From NCBI GenBank assembly GCA_964620905.1, contig CAZUKA010000001.1, forward strand, positions 222,524-286,523: a stretch of DNA of 64,000 nt. Direction: 5' to 3'. Positions 59,050 to 64,000 of this stretch are shown here, piece after piece (within the stretch, counting starts at the first letter, position 1; each line of letters opens with the position of its first letter). Made by a program: the position numbers and the translations under genes. The notes beneath the pieces are model-generated. The model did no database searches. It was not told the origin of the DNA and saw only the letters and a list, made by a program, of their open reading frames with translations. The DNA comes from an uncultured Gammaproteobacteria bacterium. Lineage in GTDB: Bacteria; Patescibacteriota; Patescibacteriia; S139-126.

Positions 59050-59397
59050 TTACTTCAACCAGGGGTTTTTATTGATCGTAATAGTAAAATATTTTTCATG
59101 GTTTATCCTTTCAAGGTAAATTTCTTCTTCATTATAATTGTTCACAAAATAATTTTTTTGTGTCAAAGCTAATTTTATTAGATAAACCATGTGTGCCAAT
59201 GAGAAAATTTTCTCCAATCTGGCTAAATCATACTTATTTTGATCTCCTTTTGCTATTCCGGGAAGAAGAACTTGTTCGTGGGGATAATAAAAAAGGCAGC
59301 CATAACCTTTATTTTCTATTTCTTTTAAAAAATCTTCAATAAATTTTTTGAAGTGTTCAGGTAAAACTACTAGGTCATAATATTTGGAGTTTAGCAT
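59050..59397 (-). CDS. Orphan hypothetical protein (stand-alone unit)
   Basis: 115-aa ORF with upstream TTGACA-16-(TGC)TATAAT (59472-59445) and a downstream terminator. Confidence 0.6.
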   Translation of the reverse strand: MLNSKYYDLVVLPEHFKKFIEDFLKEIENKGYGCLFYYPHEQVLLPGIAKGDQNKYDLARLEKIFSLAHMVYLIKLALTQKNYFVNNYNEEEIYLERINHEKYFTITINKNPWLK

Positions 59398-59477
59398 TGC
59401 TATTCCTCATTTTTATTTATGAATTGTTAATTAAATAATAAAAAATTATAGCATAATTGTATTTTTTGTCAATCCTC

Positions 59478-59506
59478 AAAAAATAACCCCGGTTTATAAC
59501 CGGGGG
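59478..59506 (-). terminator. Intrinsic terminator after the acidic microprotein
   Basis: Minus strand CCCCGGTT-ATA-AACCGGGG followed by TTATTTTTT. Confidence 0.8.
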
Positions 59507-59512
59507 TATATT

Positions 59513-59629
59513 TTACATATCTTCATCCTCATCGTCTATATCCTCATCCATATCTTCCTCATCCATATCTTCCTCATCAGTACCTTCTTCTTCCATATCA
59601 TCACCTGTCAAAAAATCTTCATTTGACAT
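59513..59629 (-). CDS. Unannotated 38-aa poly-acidic microprotein
   Basis: Manual translation MSNEDFLTGDDMEEEGTDEEDMDEEDMDEDIDDEDEDM*. Upstream TGTTATAAT extended -10 at 59679-59671 and a downstream terminator. Confidence 0.7.
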   Translation of the reverse strand: MSNEDFLTGDDMEEEGTDEEDMDEEDMDEDIDDEDEDM

Positions 59630-59720
59630 ATTGGTTATTTAATTATTAAAAAGGAACAAATATTGTAAACATTATAACAAAAAAAACAAACTTTCCGAAC
59701 AAAAGATATCCACAGAAAAT

Positions 59721-61340
59721 CTACTCTAAAGGTAAAGTAAATTTAAAAGTTGTACCTTTATTTTCGCCCTCGCTCTCGGCCCAAATATTACCACCGTGTC
59801 CTTCAATAATTTTTTTGGCAATATAAAGCCCTAACCCCACACCGGATGTATCAACGCGGTTAATATCTTTGCCCCGACGAAATTTTTGAAACAGTTGATC
59901 AAGTTCATCATAAGAAATTCCTTTACCGTTGTCTTGAACTTTAACTAAAATATATTTATCCATATTTTTTACCGAAACACTGACCCAACCGCCAATTGGT
60001 GTATATTTAATTGCATTATCCACTAAATTCATGATGACATCGGTCATTTTATCACTATCAAATTGGAATAAAGGTATGTCGTTTTCTTTAAATTCAACCT
60101 TAATATGTTTAGTAGCAGCTTCAATGGCTAGGGATTTAACAATATCCCTGACCAGCTGATTTATATCAGTTAAACTCTTATTTATTTTTAGACGACCTGA
60201 TTCAATCCGAGAAATATTTAGAAAAATATTTATTAATCGAATTAGCCGTTCAGAATTGCGTAACAACACCCCAACTATGTCGGCTTGTTTTTTGGATAAT
60301 TTTCCAAAATCACCCTCTTGTAACATTGATAAATAACCCTTAATAGCTGACAAGGGGGTACGTAATTGGTGAGAAGTAATTGATAAAAATTCGGTCTTAG
60401 CTTCATCTAATTGTTTAAGACGTTCATTGGCTGCTTGTAAATCGGCGGTCAATTTTTCCAATTTTTCTCGTTGTTCAACTTCTTTTCTCACACTTTTGAT
60501 CAGAAAAAAACCAACAAACAATAAGGCATTAAAAATAATTAAACGTAAAACTATGACATTAATATTGTTGGTAAAGAAAACTTCGGCTAATGAACTAAAT
60601 GCAAGGACGAAAACCAATATTTCAGTAGCAACAACTTTAATATTTAATAAATGATGTTTTAAAATTGCATAAGCAGTGAAAACAATAAAAGGAAAAAAGA
60701 ATACCGCGCCTAAGGCAGTATAAGTAGGATTATTCAAAAAAGCCGGAAAAATAAAATTAAAAATAATTATCAAACTAAAAGTTAATACCGTTCCGGTCAG
60801 AATTAAACGCAATGGTAAAATTTCTTTGGTTTTCAATTTTTTAATTTTTTTTATCAAAATATAAATCGCACTAGCTACCAAGCCAATATTCAACAGCCCA
60901 AAAAAAATAATACCCGGTCCATTGGTTACCGAAGTTGCTCCACCAGTTATTAGCACTCCGTTGATTTCTTTGAGTATAAAAGGTGTTAAAGTTAGAACTG
61001 AAACTAAGCTAACAACGGGAAATAACAAAAATTTATAATATTTTGAAAAATCAATCCGATAATTTGGATAAACGTAAAAAAATTGAAAGATAAAAAAAGC
61101 TTGCCAAACAGCAAAAAATAGCACCAGACGAAGTAGCCATAAAATAATTTGAGGATTAATAATACTGTAACTTAAATAATTTACTCCACCCCAAACTACA
61201 GTAACTAAAACAAATAAAGCAAAGGAAATATTGGTAATACTACGAATATTTCTAATATATACAATTATCCCCAAAATTACTGAGATTACTGTGACCAAGC
61301 CAACCGTAAACAAGTTTAAATTAAAAACAATACTATCCAT
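59721..61340 (-). CDS. Membrane sensor histidine kinase with a multi-TM (HisKA_7TM-like) N-terminal domain
   Basis: About 280 aa of TM helices, H-box SHQLRTPL, N-box NLVDNAIKY, DNGKG, GVGLGL. Confidence 0.92.
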   Translation of the reverse strand: MDSIVFNLNLFTVGLVTVISVILGIIVYIRNIRSITNISFALFVLVTVVWGGVNYLSYSIINPQIILWLLRLVLFFAVWQAFFIFQFFYVYPNYRIDFSKYYKFLLFPVVSLVSVLTLTPFILKEINGVLITGGATSVTNGPGIIFFGLLNIGLVASAIYILIKKIKKLKTKEILPLRLILTGTVLTFSLIIIFNFIFPAFLNNPTYTALGAVFFFPFIVFTAYAILKHHLLNIKVVATEILVFVLAFSSLAEVFFTNNINVIVLRLIIFNALLFVGFFLIKSVRKEVEQREKLEKLTADLQAANERLKQLDEAKTEFLSITSHQLRTPLSAIKGYLSMLQEGDFGKLSKKQADIVGVLLRNSERLIRLINIFLNISRIESGRLKINKSLTDINQLVRDIVKSLAIEAATKHIKVEFKENDIPLFQFDSDKMTDVIMNLVDNAIKYTPIGGWVSVSVKNMDKYILVKVQDNGKGISYDELDQLFQKFRRGKDINRVDTSGVGLGLYIAKKIIEGHGGNIWAESEGENKGTTFKFTLPLE

Positions 61341-61341
61341 A

Positions 61342-62409
61342 TTAATTTATAAATTCAATATTTGGTACACATTTCAAAGCTAAGGCTCTAACTCGAGGTG
61401 CTAAACCAAGACGAAATGACATAGCAATAAGACCATCTTGAACATTAAATGAGTCGCTTAAAATTTTATAGTTAGTAATAATATTTTTGGTTTGTTCAGA
61501 ATTAAAGGCATTTCCCCCACCAGCCACTATTCGCAAACGAGCAAAACTAAGAGCGCTAACTGGGTGAAAAGCCAGACCGAGACCGTTGGCCTGTAACCAA
61601 ACTCTTTCCATAATTCTACCTGCCGTAACAAAATTTTCTTGGGTATCCTCAGGAATAATAATTGCTCCAACTGCTGCGCCAGTTGAATATAATTTTGCAT
61701 CTTCCTTAGCAACCATTTTAGCTAAACCTAATTTATTTAACCACACTGCTCTTGACCAATTACTGGCCAAAAAAAAGACAAATTTTTGTATGGGATTAAA
61801 TTCCATTGTACCAATATAAAACCCTTTTTTTAATTTAGCAAATTCTGCCGACGACCAAATTATATCTTTAAACAATAAAGCATGTAAATCTGGATGTTTT
61901 AAAATAATTTCTTCAATTGAACTCATGGCCCTGCCGACTATTTTTTTCTGCTCTAACTTTTCAAGCAAAACCAATTTTATTTTATTAGTTGGATCAATTT
62001 TAGATGAAGTTGAAGTTAAAGCTATTTTTTGTTCTGAAGTCAACAAATCATTTCTATACTTTCGTCGGTTTGTATGTCGTTGAGATAAATATGGCAACAA
62101 CGGATCAGGTAAAATATCACCGATATCTAGTGTTACTATGGCTACTAAATCGACTTGTTGTAAATCAGGAAATAAAACAATTTTAACATAAAACTTATGT
62201 TGAGAAGCTGCAATACAAATATTTTCAAGTAAAGCACCGTGGCCAATATAAGAGCCTCTTTGGTTGATGTTTAAAATCGGATTGTCTGACTTAGGTAAAT
62301 TGTAAATAAAAATTTGATTGTTTTTCACCTCAAACCGCCAAGGTTGAGAATTATCACCCGAAGGCGCATTTACTGCGGACGATAAAATTTTTTGTATAAT
62401 TTCTTTCAT
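61342..62409 (-). CDS. Nitroreductase-like (Acg/TyzC-type) flavoprotein
   Basis: APSGDNSQPW, HGALLEN, RHTNRRKY, AGRIMERVWL, FRLG. Likely start MKEIIQ. Confidence 0.82.
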   Translation of the reverse strand: MKEIIQKILSSAVNAPSGDNSQPWRFEVKNNQIFIYNLPKSDNPILNINQRGSYIGHGALLENICIAASQHKFYVKIVLFPDLQQVDLVAIVTLDIGDILPDPLLPYLSQRHTNRRKYRNDLLTSEQKIALTSTSSKIDPTNKIKLVLLEKLEQKKIVGRAMSSIEEIILKHPDLHALLFKDIIWSSAEFAKLKKGFYIGTMEFNPIQKFVFFLASNWSRAVWLNKLGLAKMVAKEDAKLYSTGAAVGAIIIPEDTQENFVTAGRIMERVWLQANGLGLAFHPVSALSFARLRIVAGGGNAFNSEQTKNIITNYKILSDSFNVQDGLIAMSFRLGLAPRVRALALKCVPNIEFIN

Positions 62410-62413
62410 ATTT

Positions 62414-63508
62414 TTATAAACCAATAATATTTAAAAAATTATCCAATTCTTTTTTTCTGTATCTGATTTTGTTTGGCTGGTGAAAGGTTGGATCAAAAAT
62501 TTCATCAAAATTAATCTCATATTGGCCTGATTTTAAGGGTTGGTGGTTTGCCAACCTTCTAACTAAATAAGCAATCGACACACCCGATAACATCGCTGCA
62601 TCACCCAATTGTGGCCAAGAATAAATTGTTTTTCCAACCCGCAATAACGACCGCTGCATTCGTGGTGCAACTTTATCTTGACCAGCTATTTTTGTAGACA
62701 AACGCGGCAGCTCACTGGGCTTTATTTTTTTAAAATCACTGAGGGTGAAATTACCAATCCGACCATTAAATATTTTTAAATTTCTATTTTGATCATATCT
62801 TTCTACATCAACCAAAATATTATCAGCATTGTCAGTTGCCATAATCACCGGTATTCCCAGTTTACGCGCTGCCAATCTAATTTTAATTTTCATCTCCAAA
62901 TTATCCATTTCTTCAATTAGGACATCCAATTTGGGCGGACCGGCTAAAAAATTATACAAATTCTTATCTGTTATCCCCTGAGAAAAAATTTTAATATTGG
63001 CATAGGGATTTATTTGATAAATTTGTTGACTAGCTAAAGTACATTTACTCTTCCCGATATCAAATAAGGTATATCTGACACGATTCAAATTGGATGGTGA
63101 TAAAATATCCAAATCAGCCAATTTCATAAATTTACTACCCCCCATCACGGCTATGGAAATAGCAGCATGACTACCAACACTTAAACCAGCTACTCCAACC
63201 TTGCAATCATAAAATTTTTTTTGTTCTACTTGGGTTATAATTTCTCTGTTTCTCCCAGTTCTGACAGTCAAAAAATCTTTTTCTGGCAAAACGTGTACAT
63301 ATTTATCTAACCATGGAAAATAGAGCCAATTACCTTTTCTTGCTCGACGAATAAATTCAGCCAATGGCTGATGATAATTTTTATTAAATCGACACTGCGG
63401 ATTTTGCAATAAAAATAAATCAACTAATTGGTCATAATAAGTGTCAACCAATTTAGACTGACTTATAGATTTAATATTTTTTACAATTATTGGTTTTTCT
63501 TTATCCAT
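62414..63508 (-). CDS. ThiF-family adenylyltransferase (Rv1355c/MoeY-type)
   Basis: WLYFPW...RTGRN...EQ, GVAGLSVG, DLDILSPSNLNR, EEMD, SWPQL. No MoeB-type C-terminal zinc motif. Confidence 0.85.
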   Translation of the reverse strand: MDKEKPIIVKNIKSISQSKLVDTYYDQLVDLFLLQNPQCRFNKNYHQPLAEFIRRARKGNWLYFPWLDKYVHVLPEKDFLTVRTGRNREIITQVEQKKFYDCKVGVAGLSVGSHAAISIAVMGGSKFMKLADLDILSPSNLNRVRYTLFDIGKSKCTLASQQIYQINPYANIKIFSQGITDKNLYNFLAGPPKLDVLIEEMDNLEMKIKIRLAARKLGIPVIMATDNADNILVDVERYDQNRNLKIFNGRIGNFTLSDFKKIKPSELPRLSTKIAGQDKVAPRMQRSLLRVGKTIYSWPQLGDAAMLSGVSIAYLVRRLANHQPLKSGQYEINFDEIFDPTFHQPNKIRYRKKELDNFLNIIGL

Positions 63509-64000
63509 TTTTGTTTTGTACCTGGTTTAAAATATTTTTCGTGTTCATACGGCCAAAAAATTATTTTGGGAATTGTTCGGTTAGGATATTCTTCAGCTGT
63601 CCGTCGATACGATGAGTTATCAATTTTTAGTTGTTCAACTACTACATGCTTAATCCTACTGACTAATTTACTACTGCTTTTAACCTGGGGTAATAATTCA
63701 ATATTTAGTTCTAAATATTGATCAACATTTTTATCATACCTAATCATCATGGTGAATTTTCCCGTGATACTTTTCAACAAATCTTTTTGCCACAGCGCTT
63801 TTCTAATTGTTTCCGGATAGATCTGAAAGCCAAAAAAGCTTACTGAAAAATCTTGCCGTTCAAACACATAAACAAATGGTAAATTCCATAAGGTATCACC
63901 TAAATGATATTTTTTTATATAACTATTCAAATTTATCCCCTGTTCAGTCAATTTTTTATCAGCAGTTGCTAATGTAAAAACACCACCGTAGTCATGTAAA
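63487..64000 (-). CDS. C-terminal part of a phenylacetate-CoA ligase (PaaK)-like adenylate-forming enzyme; 5' end is outside the window
   Basis: The frame stays open to the window edge (...LHDYGGVFTLATADKKLTEQG...). LPFVYVFERQDFSVSFFGFQIYPETI resembles the PaaK C-terminal GRxD/IYP segment. Confidence 0.65.
   Translation of the reverse strand, partial: LHDYGGVFTLATADKKLTEQGINLNSYIKKYHLGDTLWNLPFVYVFERQDFSVSFFGFQIYPETIRKALWQKDLLKSITGKFTMMIRYDKNVDQYLELNIELLPQVKSSSKLVSRIKHVVVEQLKIDNSSYRRTAEEYPNRTIPKIIFWPYEHEKYFKPGTKQKWIKKNQ

Noticed and set aside
59516-59600. Short tandem repeats as a possible CRISPR or VNTR
   Set aside because: They are codon-phased low-complexity repeats encoding an acidic peptide, with no spacers and no cas genes.
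59513-63508. Acidic peptide as a RiPP precursor for the ThiF/nitroreductase
   Set aside because: It has few modifiable residues and no leader/core pattern, and it is separated by the kinase and has its own promoter. The ThiF is of the Rv1355c small-molecule type. Not excluded, but unsupported.
4325-63721. Many short ORFs antisense to or nested within long genes (e.g. 4325-4531, 14814-15095, 24003-24383, 38303-38716, 46771-47031, 60427-60654)
   Set aside because: They are shadow frames of well-supported genes, with no motifs or expression signals.
1-64000. Alternative genetic code (TGA recoded to Gly, as in Gracilibacteria/Absconditabacteria)
   Set aside because: Conserved genes are full length under code 11, and several (pgk, eno, mltG, ftsI) end at TGA at the expected position.

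Overview
AT-rich chromosomal segment in which almost all genes lie on the minus strand. It uses the standard bacterial code (TGA acts as stop). Gene content and style suggest a Patescibacteria/CPR genome, probably Parcubacteria/ABY1-like; this is an inference. The pointers are a short RpoA, a short AlaRS, the infA-alpha-rplM-rpsI arrangement, a sigma4/HARE-HTH protein, a VirD4-like ATPase and housekeeping genes without Shine-Dalgarno motifs. The window contains: rseP/frr/holB/mreB; a surface-glycan cluster (GT2, GT4, Wzx, Wzy-like); the ribosomal alpha operon; alaS, mnmA and uppP; a complete archaeal-type AMP/nucleoside-salvage operon (R15P isomerase, HAD phosphatase, form III-like RuBisCO, AMP phosphorylase) apparently co-transcribed with the VirD4-like ATPase; two DsbA genes; tRNA-Glu(CTC); a mini dcw cluster with MraZ operator repeats; rplJL with an L10 leader; lower glycolysis (pgk, pilin, eno, gpmI, gpmI); and, at the right edge, a PaaK-like ligase / Rv1355c-type ThiF / nitroreductase-like / multi-TM histidine kinase operon. 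Four items stand out. (1) An unannotated Ile-rich leader peptide with a full terminator/antiterminator set upstream of two orphan small genes. (2) The ThiF-nitroreductase-kinase operon, a candidate signal synthase plus receptor. (3) The RuBisCO operon context. (4) Several self-contained microprotein units missed by the ORF track, including a 38-aa peptide with 24 acidic residues.
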